This document shows positions 1 to 14,165 of a DNA stretch of 64,000 nucleotides, piece by piece. Below the pieces are notes generated by a model. That model had not been told where the DNA came from and searched no databases. It was given only the letters and a program-made list of their open reading frames with translations. How positions within the stretch are numbered: position 1 is the stretch's first letter; each line of letters opens with the position of its first letter. The stretch lies in contig OZ287749.1 of assembly GCA_965649765.1 (NCBI GenBank), positions 95,542,001-95,606,000 on the forward strand, in the 5' to 3' direction. Source of the DNA: Bispira polyomma (lineage: Eukaryota). The position numbers were made by a program, and so were the translations under genes.

Positions 1-1159
1 TATAAAAGACATACACAGCTTTTTTAATAGAATGGAAAGTGGTAGCACCACCATACACCACAATACTAAGCAATGGTAACAAAGATGGAGGACAAAAAAC
101 ATCTACAGTTAAGTGTTCCATCACTCCAACTCAATTAAAACCGGGTTGACAAATCCTTCCAAATTAGGCCACATGTTTTCAACTTGTCCAAACCACTACA
201 AAAACACACCACTGATGTTTTTTGTGTAGAAGTACAGTTTTTATTTCCAGCTTTAAGATGAATGAGCAGTCAGTAGAATGTGGCAGTGTGTAAACCTGTA
301 ACAAATTTGTAAAAAACGCGAACACATGGGCACTATATTTACCTTGACGGAAAAACCCCGAAAGAAGACAGCAACTGATTAACACTCAGTTGGAGAATAA
401 AAACATTCAGAATAGAATGGCCATTTGAAACAATAAATGCTATAAAACCCTTTCAGATAAATGCGTTTTGTAATGAAATAGGAAATCCACAACATAAAAC
501 CCTTTCAGATAAAATTAAATTATATTAAATTTGGGATAACATTACCATATTTAATTTAAAGTAAACTATTTACACTCAAATGGACAAAATGTAGTCATGG
601 GTGCAACAAATTATTGTGAAATTAATATTATGCAAAATGTCATAGAGTATTTAATGTTTTATACAAATGTATTCAAATGAGTTTTAGAAGAGAAAAAAGT
701 ATTGTGTTGTTGAATGTATACAAGGACAAATTGTAATGTATTAATAAATTAACATGTGCATGTGTATACTCTGCTTCTAAAAATAGCTACACAAACAAAC
801 CATTTAAGTTTATAGAATATTGAATTAAAAACCACACCAACACATAGGCACTATGTTGACGTGAACCGTTTAACACTCAGGAGAAACATTCAAAATGGAA
901 TGGCCAATTGAAAGAAAATCAAATATTTAAAAAAACCTTGATTGTATAATGGACTTTTTTTTACCATATAGTGATTATATAACATACTTTTTTCCTAATT
1001 ATTGCCTAAAAAGAATACTTCATAGATAAATGATGGTAGTATCAAATGACAGTAACATTTTCACTGTCTAACAAATCAGAAATATGTAAACAAAAGATTT
1101 TATATGACTATTTCGTGAACCTTCCTTGATGTAGTACCGTCATTAAACCAACTCCCCCA

Positions 1160-1550
1160 ACGAGAGATGGAACCAGTGATATTCCAATTACAAGACCAAC
1201 TCCCTAACCACTGAGCCACCAGGGGAGTAGCCAGGATTTTTTATCTGGTACTCCCAGTTTAAGCCAATATATTTTTTTCTTTTTTGTCCTACCAAATTCA
1301 ATTCATGGGGGGGGGGGGGGGGGGGCATTAAGTTAATATTTTGGTTCATTTAGGGGTACCAAATTTTTTTTTATTTAACAACAGGTATCTATGTTACTGC
1401 TGATACAAACAGAATTAAAAGCTAGTTTAAATTTATTATTTTTTTTTATTTTCAAATTTTTTTTTAAAATTTCTTTCTTTCTTGTCATTAAATTGGTACG
1501 CCTGAGCATACTGGCATTAATGGTACTTACGCCCATGGCCACAGGAGACA
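1160..1550 (-). mobile_element. tRNA-derived SINE head interrupted by a MITE
   Basis: Minus strand reads GTGGCTCAGTGGTTAGGGAGTTGGTCTTGTAATTGG..GGTTCC, which is A-box/B-box-like. Confidence 0.5.
1220..1537. mobile_element. MITE with 5-bp TSD
   Basis: Ends CAGGGGAGTAG.. and ..CTTACGCCCATG form an imperfect TIR. Flanked by GCCAC at 1215-1219 and 1538-1542. Internal poly-G tract. Confidence 0.6.
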
Positions 1551-3528
1551 ACATTAAAAATTAGCTTTTCTAGAATAATTTCATAATTTTTCTAGAATAA
1601 AGTCATAAATAACTACAATGGTCTCTTATTAATTCTGAAAAGTTGCCGTTTGACTAACCATTTTACATACAGCTGTTATTAAAGCTAGAACTAACTGTTT
1701 TAAGCTTCTATTTGAAACTTTCATTGCATAACAAACATGTAGAAAAACACAAAATTTGTGATCTGTCGTGTTTTCTATTTTGGTGCACCTAAAAGTGTCA
1801 TTATTTAGAATCACAAAATACCACAAATTGCTTGCAGACTTCATGCAAAGAACTGTCACCCAAGATAATTACTACCGGTACCGTATCATACTGTTCCTAA
1901 ATTTAGGTTTTCTAACATAAATGTCTCATGGCAAGTCATTTTTAAAAGGACACTTCTTGTGAATGATTACCTCTTTTTGTCCTGTGTGCTGCTACTGGCA
2001 AGCTTTCTCCCTCTATCTATATATTTTTATACTGTGGGTTTGGAATGTGTCCTCTGTCCCCTGACAAAATATTGAAAAACAACTGCCTTATCTGTGACAT
2101 TTCCAGCAGAATAGGTTGACAATCCCCACACAAATCTCCTGGATTTCTAACAAATGCCATTGTTCTAATTTGTCAGAGGAGAGGAAATGCTATTCGTTTC
2201 CCCTCTCAGCATTCAGAGAATTTGTCCAAGAAGCAGAAATTAATGAGATTTTGTCAGCTGAGAAAAGTGCTCAAAAGCCCCAGGAAGTTTTATCACCCCC
2301 ATTGCAAGTACATCAGGAACAATTGTATTTGTAAAAGTTTGTATTTCTACCAAAGCTGAGCTAAAGTTTAAACTTTTTATATCCTATGCTTTATTGTTGC
2401 TCCTTGTGAAAACATTAATTGAGTTAATACAATTCTCTGTTTGAAAAAACCCATTTTTGTTCTATCCACAAATTAAAACATCACTGTAATACTTTCCATT
2501 CTTATTATCTTCTTTGGTACGTTGGTGATTTTAGACATGAGCAGAGAATACGATTAGGTTGCAGGATCTTGAATAAATTGTTTATCAGTGTCCAGGGTGG
2601 TGTAAATCTAGATATATAGAGTGAGTCTCTAACTGGAAGTTATATCATCCACAAAAACATGGCAGTTGATAGGTTTTTTTTGGAACAAAATTATGGTTTA
2701 TTGGTAAACAGATAATTGTATTGCATGCTATGGCAGGGGAAACATTGGTATGACAGTAAAAAAGCCAGAACACCTATTCTGCAAGGCGATTAGGTGCCGC
2801 AGGTCTTGGGTTCCCACCCCAGAGCAGCATAGGTGATATTTACCAATTTGACCTTAGAAGATCAGATTTTAATATTTAATTTTGATTGTGGCATTGCTTC
2901 TTTACACTATATTGCTAGATGGCTCATTGGGTGATTGGCTACTTAAGTACGTCCCATTTTAATTTTGAAGTTAGAAGGACATATATGAAATTTCTTTGTG
3001 GGATAACACCCAATTTCTCAGTGATTGTGGTATTACCTCTTTACAACTGTCTTGCTAGATGCTTTGGTATTTGTGCAGTATAGTGATATTTACGTTAAGA
3101 GATAAAACTTACCTTTATTGCCGTGACCTCTACTGACCTTCATATGACCTTTATCACTTACCAATCAGCTGAACTGACTGATCAACTTAACACAACCCTA
3201 ACTATCCCTTCCTTGTTTAAACAATTTATTCCTATCACAAACACACACATTCAAAACGACCCCAGTGGGATTCACAGATCTAAATATGTTAAAAGTATTT
3301 GCGTGTCTTCTCAAAATGCCCCCCCCCCCTACCTTTATTTATCACTGACTGAACATCCTACCAAAATGACACAGAGGGGTGTGGTTTTATTAGTCTGTAG
3401 ACATCAGTGGATGTAGTCTTTTGGGGAGAAAACAACTAAAAACACCAAGACCTTTTTATCTGCAGAAGGTGAACTTTGGTCTTTTTATTTTCTGGTTGTT
3501 TATTAACACAATTGTTGTGTGCATTAAT

Positions 3529-3730
3529 AACTAGAAGGGCAGCCAGTAGAGTGTATATCTCTGCCAAGGTGCCACAACACTGTCAACAAGTGAAAACAAA
3601 TGCCCTTCTACCTGCTATCAGCTCCAAAATGGAATGGGTTCTTCCTTGGTTCGTCCGCGCTCCATCCTCGATCAAATTTCATGTAAATCGGTTCAGTGAT
3701 TTTGGTAATGTAGCAGTCATACTGTTCACG
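3529..3730. repeat. Dispersed non-autonomous repeat (Helentron/HINE-like)
   Basis: AACTAGAAGGGCA..GTAGAG..CTCTGCCAAGG terminus and AAATTTCATGTAAATCGGTTCAGT core resemble a widespread animal repeat type. Recognised by resemblance only. Confidence 0.4.
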
Positions 3731-3759
3731 TTCTATAGGGCCGTTTACTACCGATGTGA

Positions 3760-4170
3760 AGGACTTGTGTGATCTGGAAAAAATGTCCAACATCTGGGCA
3801 TAAACTGGTGAGATCAGCAAGAATGGGAGGAAGAGCCAGAAATGTTCAAAACTTCCGTGGATTGTCGGCTCTAAAAGCACATCTTGAGAGAACTGGAGAA
3901 AAGGGGTGTGGTTGGGGCTTAAACGGGGCATAAACGAGTCTTAAACTGCTTAGAACTTGTGTGATCTGGCCAGAACTGGCGTCATTTGGTGTAATCTGAA
4001 GCAAACGTTACATGAACGTGTAAAGAACTGATTAGAACTGGTCTTGTCTGGGCATAAATTCGTCATAAACTAGTGAGATCTGGTCAAAACTGGGCATATC
4101 CTGGGCATGAACGGAGCTAAACGGGCATAAACGGGGCTAATCAGGGCATAAATAGGGCATGACCTGAAGA
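3760..4170. repeat. Degenerate minisatellite-like region
   Basis: Recurring GGGCATAAAC and GTGATCTGG units. Confidence 0.5.
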
Positions 4171-4319
4171 TGCAAATATATCCAAATGAAAATGAAGAGG
4201 TTTCACATAAAGTTCTTTTTATTTGCAGCAGACATTTTCAGGACTGCTAATGACTCATTCACAATTTTTTCAGTTATTTAAAAGTGATTATGAGACTGAA
4301 TATAATTTAACAGCAAATT

Positions 4320-4620
4320 TGCGAATAAGGCATTAACAATCACTTGAAGTCCAGTTTAGAAGAGGGGCTTTACCACCTAGAATTGAAACAGGCAGATTTA
4401 ACATAATTAATGATCTAGTTTCAGGTAGCTACAGATGTTTAAAAGTAGCACAAAGAGTATGTCAATTATGTAATTTACAAGCTGTCGAGAACAAATTTCA
4501 TTTTCTCATGGTATGTCCCTTATATAATGATTTCAGACAAAATTTATTCATTATTACATCTTTGCATCTCCTACATTTGTAAATATGACTGATGATGATG
4601 ATAAATTTAGTTTTAAAAAT
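4320..4620 (+). mobile_element. Non-LTR retrotransposon C-terminal zinc-finger remnant
   Basis: Degenerate IETGRF...RVCQLCNLQAVENKFHFLMVCPLYNDFR motif. Confidence 0.55.
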
Positions 4621-6436
4621 AGTTTTAGTTGTTTTTATATTTTGTGGTTCTTAAATTACTCTCTACGTTATACATGATCTTATACAGTTTGTGTGGTTTT
4701 AAATAATTGTGGTGAAAGTTACAATATTTTAACAATTTATACAAGTTACTACAAAATGGGAAGAGGAAAAAAAATGAACCAAGGAGCAGCTATAGCATTG
4801 TGTTCTAAGTGTCAAGTGTCAGATAGTCGACCTGTGGGTCTTAGATGTACCTGTCAGGTGGAGCAATCTTTCTCAACACAACCCGATACAGACTGTGAGT
4901 CAACAAGTGCAGCAGAAGACAACAATGGACTGGACTTCACTATAAGCGTCAATTTGGGTGAGATCTATAAAAACCTATATTAGTGTCAGCAGTCCATGAT
5001 GCATACCTTGGTAAAAACAGTAACGAAATTAGAGAAAGATGTAAGGCAAAACCATCAGCTAGGCAGTAATCCCGTGGTCCACAGCAGTGTCCCTAAATTG
5101 TCACATATGATTAGTGAGACAGCTCAAGTGCGACCCGTCCCAGCTCCTAGAAGCAGAAGGAATACTATGGTGGAATCACAGGCTGATCCACTTCTCGCAT
5201 ATACTGCATACGCGAACCAGGCTCTGTTACCAACACACGACCATCTCACCCCATCAGCATCTCTAGCCAGACGCAAGCAAGTTTAACAACAAACATCACT
5301 TCCGACTACTTCGTACGGACAGCCTTTACATGATGCAATCAGCCCAACAACGGACGTGCTCAGACATTCTGCTATCATGCAACAAGAGGTTAACAATGGG
5401 CTGGCAAGATATGAATCCTGGGCTACTGATAAACATTTACTCGGTAAGATTTCCTCTAAAAGAAAATTTGGCCAATATAACGTCTCTGATATTTGTATGA
5501 GTGATTCTACACTACGCTGGCCCAACAAGGGGCTGCTTAGATGGGGTTAAAAAAAAACGAGTGCCATATGACGAGCTTAACGTAGCACAGTTTGCAGCAT
5601 GCCAAATTCACAACATTATAGAAACCAAAAACCAAATTTTGTCCCAGGCAATGTTACGTCAACTTGCCGACACCCTGAGGGATGCTGCCAAAAGGTAGGT
5701 AGCACGTGGAGCTTATGCTCATAACATCCATGACCTAGAGGAAGGACATCTCTCATGGACAGATGGTGCATGAACCGACTTTCTTACTCACAGGCCCTCA
5801 TTTAGCATACATCAAACACATCAACGGCAGAGTCGAATAAAACAGACTTACCATGTAGACATTATTAAAAAGTTCATGTCAACACACAGGTGACCACCAA
5901 AACGGAGCAATGTTTTTTCGTCACATTTATGCACATTGCTACAAGACCAATAAGAATGTCAACCCTCACCCAGAGGCGCGTTGTTTCAAACTCCACGGCA
6001 AACCAGGGCAAACATCCACCACGACACAATTGAATAGTAGACTGGCAATTGACTCTACTGCCAGTGAAGTTTTTAGTGCAACAGTGTATAACGATAAGTG
6101 TATGAGTAACAAATCCCGGAACGTTCCTGAGATATTTTTAGATGTTTTAAAACACTGAGATAGGGAGAAACAATGAGTTTAAAATAGAGGAAAATGAAAT
6201 CGATAGGAATACTGTGAAAGAGACAAAATATACTAATAATAATAACAATAGAATGTATTTAGTTAATTCAGATATGTTAAATTCTGATATACAGTTAGAT
6301 AAAATAAGTAATGCAGTGAAAACTAAAATGACTATTCAAACTGACAATTGCATGATGTATACAAATGTTTATAATGATAAATTGTGCTCAGATAACATGT
6401 CTAACACTGTATATTCATGTACTAACAATTGAATAA

Positions 6437-7006
6437 ACAAGAAAAGTGCGGCCCACGGCCGCTGACTAGGTTGCTATGCACATGCCCGAGGCCATGCTCA
6501 TGCCTGAGGTCCAATTTCTGGGCCGCATAATCGAGTTTGAGATTTTATCATGAAACAGTGAAAAAAAGAATGAAAACTGGCAAACAATAAATTTATTTTC
6601 AGATGTTATAGCTTGCAAAACGTTTGAAATTTTTTGAGCAGGGCGATTTTGTCCAAGATATATGTTGAAAACAAAAAACAATGAATTTTGACCAGGGCGA
6701 TTTAGTCCAAGTTATAGGTTGGAGACAAAACAAAAATTTTGACCAGGGCGATTTAGCCCAAGTTATAGGTTGGAGACAAAAAAATATTAAATTTTGACCA
6801 GGGCGATTTTGTTAAAGTTAAAGACAAAAAAAATCTGTAAGCACAAGAAATTCAACTTAAGATTCTATGCGAATTTTAGACTATAACTCCCTGCCAGTTT
6901 CGAGATTTGCTTGTCGACACGTTTTGTACACTTTTTCTATCTTTTCGAGTCCTGCTAAGAACTAGTTTGCACATGTGCAGACTTGCGCAATGTGCAAACT
7001 AGTTAA
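6437..7006 (-). mobile_element. Helentron-associated non-autonomous element (HINE-like)
   Basis: Terminal hairpin ACTAGTTTGCACAT..ATGTGCAAACTAGT (6961-7003). The other end has a GCGGCC-ngg-GGCCGC-type stem-loop next to CTTGTT. Internal ~50-bp repeats x4 (6630-6830). Confidence 0.55.
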
Positions 7007-7408
7007 TAATGTATACAACAAAATCAATCCAGGTCATAATTGCTCACCCAGGCAACTTGATACTGTACAAGAAAGGCGTCATAGGGTTGACGTGTAGGAA
7101 AACCTGTTACACAAATCAGAGTGATAACGATTGTTACTATTTTGTGTGTTCACAGGAACCCACACTAAATGGGGTATACACCAATGTATAAATAGACAAT
7201 CACTTCTCTTGGTTTAAAGTTGATTGCATATTAGAGCAAATATGGCCTGTTCAATTCATGTGTACAACTAATGTGGACATAGTGACACCTCCAAAAAGAA
7301 ACATTGACATACATATCAAACAGACAAAGACAAAACTTAAACAACACATGAATGGAACACACACTCGAACAAAAGTCAGTAGTGTTGACTATTACACAGG
7401 CATCAGAC

Positions 7409-7666
7409 TTTGAATTTGAATTTGGATATTTAATGTCCACTCTAGGACCTTTTAGTAGGTTATATTGGGACGGGTAGTTGGAAATGCTGGAGGAAATACT
7501 GCATACAGTTGATCAAGGTTCTGCAGAGAAACCAGCGGCCCACAGTAAGGAACTACCACCTTTCCCACATAGGCATTGACAGGATTCGAACTCACGCCGC
7601 CTAGAGGTGAGAGACCAGTGATTGTGAAGCGCAATGCTTGCTAACCACTAGGCCACCGCGGCCCCC
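7409..7666 (-). mobile_element. tRNA-derived SINE, full length
   Basis: 5' GGGGGCCGCGGTGGCCTAGTGG (A box), GAGTTCGAATCC (B box), (TTCAAA)n tail. 13-bp TSD ACAGGCATCAGAC at 7396-7408 and 7667-7679. Confidence 0.85.
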
Positions 7667-7959
7667 ACAGGCATCAGACACAGACAACCATCTTTACTTG
7701 GATAACGTTCAAAATATCACAGTTAGAAGTTCATGAAAGGCTTTACTACATAGGAAATCAGCAGACAATTATGTTTCAAATTGATTTGCCTATTATTAAC
7801 AACTTGTATTTATTTTAATGATTACCTACTATTACTAGGTTCAGGGCCCATATTCATGAAAGGTCTTAATTTTTATGAAAAAATGGCTTAGTGGTATTAT
7901 TTACAATGAACTGGCTTAGTGGTACTAATTCACAATGAACTGGCATAGTGGTACTAATT

Positions 7960-10900
7960 CACTACCTTAAGCCAGTCTCCGACTTAGTGAAGGATTTATC
8001 TTTAAGACAGCTAGGTATGTGTCTTAAGCTGTGCTTTAATATGGCAGATTTATTCGCAAACAGCTCATCACTAAAACAAAGTTCACTTAAGGTAGAAGAT
8101 CTTGGCACATTTTTCAAAAGTACATGAATGATGGTAAAAATGTCATTATCATCTTTCCAAATGACCTGCAGAAAATGTTGAAACAAGCTTTTAATTAAAC
8201 TATAGAAATGATGTAGCTGTTCTTGCAAAAGCTGCAAACATAGTGAGACATTATATATTCACATCGGATCGGTAACCATTTGATGGTTCTTTCCTTGCTG
8301 AATGTCAGGAGAAGTCACTACCTACCATTCGGAAATTGCTTGGACTTTTTGAATGGGGCAAATTGAACCGACCAAGAGCTGTTATATTCACAATGGGTCA
8401 GAATCTCTCAGTCTATCATTTTCAACTGCAAGCAGCGTACATCAAGTACATGTACATCCCATCACTCTGAACCACCATTGCCGCTCAATGTTCCAATGAG
8501 CATCCACACAAAATTTAAATTAAAAGGTTGATTATTCAACTGTATGAGCTTGCTTTTAGCGTCAGCTATGACCGAACATTGCAAGTAGAAAGCAACTGGC
8601 AACATCTGTCTGTAAGTGAACAGCAAAGCAAGGTGTAGTCTGCCCCTCTTAACTACAACATGGTCTATTCACTGTTGGTGCCCTAGACAACTTGGATCAC
8701 AAGGGTCATTTCATGGAACAGGAAAAGGAATTCCAATTTCGAAACAACAAACCTTGATATTTGCCAGAACCTAATAACCACAAAATTGACCAATGGAAAG
8801 ACAAAATATGCCTTGCCTTGAAAAAAAGTTAATGTTGCTCCTCTAAATAAAGAAAATTCAACAGTATATGAGGGTCACATTGATGACTCATTAATGCACA
8901 ATGTTTGAATAAGGGTGACACTGTGGCTTGGTCAGCCTGTCATGCTGAGTCACTCGGCCTTTGTAAGCTACAGAATTCCTCAAACCTGGACAGATACCAG
9001 TTATTGCAGTGGATGCTACACTTTACAACCTGGCAAAGTATATCCAATGAAACTGGACTCAGACATATGGAGAACAAAACTATGTCATAATGTTAGGTGA
9101 TCTCCGCACTTAGATGGCACCGTGTAATACTTACAGGGACTACCTCGAAGGATCAGGCTCGACAGCAGCATTGGCACAGGAAGAGATCTCACCTCCAAGC
9201 AGAGCTGATTCCATTCTTTGCACCGCCCATCTGACAAAGACAAGACATGCTTATCAATTGACTGCTTTGGCTCTAGCCAAACTTGAACAGGATGCCTATG
9301 GTGCCACATCCAGGGGAGGGTAAAGAGCTCTGAAAAGAAACATGATTGAGGAACCCTCCTCTTGAATATGAAGCTGTTAGGAGTTAGGACTCATTTTCAT
9401 CAGGGTGCATAGACATCAAAACTTTGCTTTGTATGTGGATTGTCTAAAGGCATTGGTTTTTTACTTTTAATTCTCAAATTAGGCTCAGTGGATTCCTCTA
9501 TATATCAGAGGCATTGAGAGCCTGCAGAGTTTGATGACCAGTACCTTTCCAGAGAAGATGACAGCCAGTGACATCATGAAGAAGGTATGTCAACACAAAA
9601 AACTTTCAAGCAACAAACTCATTAATACTTTCCATGAGATGGAAAATCCTTTAATGGATGACACAACGGAACTCTTGAAGTTCGATACACAGGATGTCAT
9701 CATGAGTATGTAGTCACCACTGTACGAACAGTGGAAAAGATTGGCGTTGACTAGTACAACCACTACTACAAATCAGGGTTGATTGATCGCACAAAACTAG
9801 AGTTGACATCATTGGGGATGCTTATTTTCCATACAGCATTAAAGCTACAATACGGGAGAAACAAGGTAAAGGCGTGAGAAGAAAGGTAGCAACTAACTAG
9901 GAACTGGCAAGACATTCTGCGTAATGAACAAAACCAAGGAGCATTTTTTGCATTTCTCACAAGCAAAGTTGCAAACACAACTTTCGTAATTCAAGGAAGT
10001 TGTTATAACTGCTGACCAAAAGTGGACGGGTGCAGTCACCCCTTGCCCCCATGTGACGATGAAGAAGCAGACACTACAATCATCGTTCACTTAAAAGATG
10101 CAATGCAAAATGGATTTTCAAACTGTGTAGTCCGTACTGTAGACCCAGATGTGATTGTCATCCTGGTTGGGACATTCTACCAGCTGCTAACAGTCTTACT
10201 GGATGTATAGGTCATGTCTACGTTAATGCTATTGCTCAGGATCTTGGAGTATCAAGATGTATAGCACTGTTTGCATTCTACAGCTTCTCTGGATGTGATA
10301 CAGTGTCTGCATGTTTGGGAACAAGGGAAGAGAATGGCATATAATGCATGGAGCTTCTATCCAGAAGTTACTAAAGCATTTTATGAAATAGATGTTGACG
10401 ATGCTTGCTTTAAGCTTCTAGAACGGTATACAGTCATCTTCTATGACAAAACAAGTAACCATGAATCAATCAATGAGGCCATGAAAAAGCTATTTCGCCA
10501 AAAGAGCAAGACAATGGAAACCATACCATTTTCCAGTTTGCTAGGTTTAGTATGGTTTCTGTTTTGGATATATGCTCTTCAAACAGTCGAGGTATGAGGT
10601 AAATATCATAAGAATTTAATACACCGATTCTGTTTTGATAACCTCGCATAGCCTCACACACCTTAAATCACAGTTTTGCATGTGGATACAAAATATTTCA
10701 TATATGGAACTGAAAAGTTATACAGCTCACACTTACATAATATAGATTTTGTGTTGTAAATTTTAAAATAAGTTTAGAACATACCATTGGAAAAAATGTT
10801 TAGACCATCGGCTGCTTCCGATAGCTGGTAATCAATAAAATAAAAGTAGTCAATAATAGGCAAATCAATCTTAAACATAATTGCCTACTAATTTCCTATC

Positions 10901-11158
10901 CAGCAATGCCTCCTATAAACTTCTAACTGTAATATTTTGGAAGTTATCCAAGTAAAGATGGTTTTCAAAGTCACTGTGAATGATGCGTTTAAGTGTAAAA
11001 ATGCGATTTTCATTTTTGGCAATAAAAACTAAAAAACAGATCAGATTAAATGCCTCCCACCCCAAATCCATTGCTTATGGTCTCATGAAACAATAAAACA
11101 AAAACACTGCTTTTGTCCAGTCGTTCCCCTTTGTTCAAAATTTTGATGTGCCTGACTA
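7960..11158 (+). mobile_element. Academ-like DNA transposon remnant
   Basis: Fragments DYLEGSG..ADSILCTAHLTKTRHAYQLTALAL and CDDEEADTTIIVHL..VRTVDPDVIVIL (the PIN/XPG-like HEEADT motif). Right end ..CTGACTA fits TAG..CTA termini. Left end not found. Confidence 0.65.
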
Positions 11159-11184
11159 GTGGGGCACTGTTCATTCACATACAA

Positions 11185-11445
11185 TTGACTTGAATTGGGA
11201 TAATTAACGTCCACTCTAATACCTGTTTAGGTTATATTGGGACAGGTAGTTGAAAACGCTGGAGGAAACATTGCATACAGTTGATCAAGGTTCTGCACTG
11301 AAATCAGCTGCCCACAGTAAAAGAACTACCACTTTTCCCACATAGGCATCATTGGGAGTTGAACCCACCTCAGCCGATCCCAGAGGTGAGAGACCAGTGA
11401 TTGTGAAGGGCAATACTTGCAAACTACAAGGCCACCATGGCCCCC
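11185..11445 (-). mobile_element. tRNA-derived SINE, same family as 7409-7666
   Basis: Clear similarity to the first copy. 14-bp TSD TCATTCACATACAA at 11171-11184 and 11446-11459. Confidence 0.85.
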
Positions 11446-13063
11446 TCATTCACATACAACAAGTGAAACAAATAACATAATGCACACATACATGCCTGAA
11501 TGTAACATATTGGGCACTGTTTATTAAATTACAAGGACAAATAATAATGCACACACATACACAAACGGATCTATTATGGAAACAAAAACAATGATACTAA
11601 AAACAAAAAGGACACAACCTCAAAGTCAAAGAAATACCAGAACAAGTATAGTACATTTACACAAAAAAACACTACATGACAAGGATAGTGAAGTAATACG
11701 ACTACTAGATTAACAAACAGACTTTGAACAGTTGACAGACAGTTTGAATGACAAATTTATCACATAACAATCGACAATGAATAAGTCGGATAACAGGGAC
11801 TATAGGTTCATAGCTTACGACGACACACTCTTTGAGTTCATAGGCCCAGACCGAGAACAAGTGGACATAAACTCATATGAAAAGTTAGTTGAAGTAGCAG
11901 ATATTATTAAAGCTATTGGTTGTGCTAATTATAGGGGAGCAAGAATTCCTATTAAATCTAATTTGAAAGTTAAAAACTAGAAGAAATATTTAACTGATTA
12001 TTTTGATTGTTCTCCACTTCTTACCCATCCAAAAGACAAGAGTCAATGAAGACTGATTTTTAATTTGTCACATTCAGAAGGAGCTTAGTTAATGATTGTA
12101 CAGTTAAGAATAAGTATGACAATATTGACTTTTCACTTAAGTTGCCAACAATAGACCAAATTACAAGACACATACTGGACATAGGATATAGAGTGACTCT
12201 ATCAAAGGTGGACGTCACCCATGAGTTTAGGAATCTGCGAGTAGATCCCTATGATTGCCTTAAACTCGGTTATTCATGGAAAGATAAACAGTATATTGAT
12301 TTAAGTCTGACATTTGGCCTTACCCATGGCACAGCAGTGTTTATGAAGATGCAGTAACTTATATTTTAAGACAAAGCGGCTATTATATTATGAATTACAT
12401 CGATGATTTCATAATTATTGAAAATGAAGATAAGGCTACCTTAGCATATGAATTAGCGAGTTTTGGATGATCTCGGTTTACCTATTAATCAAAAAAAGCT
12501 AGTGGCATCAAGCAAACAAGTTATGTGTATGGGTATCACCATTGATATTGAAGAACAGACTGTCAGCATAGACAACGAGAAACTCACATCTATCTATGAC
12601 ATTTGTCTTGAATTTAGTAAACTAACATAAGTCAGGAAAAATAAATATCAATCGCTGTTAGGCAAACTTCTATATGTACATAGATGTGTAAAGCCCTCTT
12701 GCGTGATCATGAATCGTATGCTAGAATTACTATGAAGTTCAACTAGCAGCAAATTTGTTTCTCTATGTTCATTAAATTTATCAAACAATTGAATGTCACT
12801 ACTAAATATTACTACGAAGATGCAGGACATGATTCCTCCATCTTTGTTGACGCGTGTTTAACTGGCATAGGTGGTGTATATAATAATCATGTATTTAAAA
12901 CAATTTTACCAATGTTTGTTACTCAGCGGCGGTCAATAGTAAACTTTGAAATGTTGGGTGTTATCATAGCACTGAAGTTAAGGGGAAAAGGAGATGAGAA
13001 TAAAAAAATCAAAGTAAAGTCGGATAATATTGCGGTAGTGTCTGTTGTACAAAAAAATCAAAT

Positions 13064-14165
13064 TGGGCGATCACTTTTCATCCTCTTTGAACCTACCATT
13101 TCGAGTACTCCAGGGGTTGGTTCTCGGCCCTTTGCTGTTTACCCTCTACACCCATCCTCTCAGTGCAGTCATCAATAATCAAAATGTTAAACACTCAAAT
13201 CTATCTCTTTCCTTACACTGAGAATGCCGGATGCAACCTGGATTTACTTGCTGACTGTCTCTCCTCAGTTCAAGCGTGGATGAACTACTCCAAACTGAAA
13301 CTGAACCCTGACAAAACTGAATTCATCCTAATTGGAAATAAGAAACACAGTGAATACTTCAGATCACTTTTCCCAATCACACTGCTGGGCAATGATATTC
13401 AACCTTCAGACCAGGTCAAAAACCTAGGTGTCACTATCGACCCTGCTTTTTCCTTTCTTCCTCACATTAATAGCATCTGCCGCTCCTGTTACTATCATAT
13501 ACGGGACCTCAAAAGAATCAGAAATTATCTGTCACTAGATACTGCTATCACTGCGGCCAAAGCTCTTGTAAGTAGCTGCCTTGGCTACTGTAATTCTCTT
13601 CTGTATAGAGCCAATAAGTCCCACATAAACAAGTTGCAGTCCATTCAAAACTATCTATGTAGAGTCATCTTTCATTTGGGAATCCGTACTGATGTCACTC
13701 CATACCTCAAGAAACTTCACTGGCTTCCTATTCACTATCAAATCCTGTTTAAAATGCGCGTAACCATTTTCAAAGCTGTTGTCTCTCAAGAGCCTCACTA
13801 CCTCACTACTAAATTCTTCTTCAGCAGCCTTAAAATGGGAAAAAGACTCTCTGTTTCCTCTAAAAAACCCACCAAGAGGGTTGGATCTAGAGCCTTCTCA
13901 GCGCCGCCCCTATGTTATGGAACAGCCTTCCAGTTGAACTTAGACTGCTTAAAACAGTTTTTGGTTTTAGGAGAAAGCTTCAAACTTATCTCTTCAGTCT
14001 TGCCTATCCGCCATAGTCCTCTCCCTGGGCGCTGACGCATCCATCATTATGACCCGCGGCTATGTTTTTTCATTTTTCTATTGGCTGATTAATTCTGATG
14101 TTGCGCCATAGAAGATGCCTAGCATAAATAAGGCGCATTGAAAATGTACAATACAATACAATACA
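13064..14165 (+). mobile_element. 5'-truncated L2/CR1-group LINE inserted in RNase H of element 1
   Basis: ORF 13163-14035 has WMNYSKLKLNPDKTEF, VKNLGV, YCNSLL and LHWLPI. (AATAC)n tail. Confidence 0.85.

Noticed and set aside
2193-2334. Possible + strand exon (FREFVQEAEINEILSAEK..) after a good acceptor
   Set aside because: No convincing donor or partner exons, and no recognisable protein.
2785-2813. GGTGCCGCAGG..TTGGGTTC motif shared with 34270-34298
   Set aside because: Too short to interpret. At most a trace of another element's leader.
7409-7666. tRNA genes here and at 1160, 11185, 40520 and 55179
   Set aside because: They have A/B boxes but no cloverleaf. Tails and TSDs, where preserved, mark them as SINEs.
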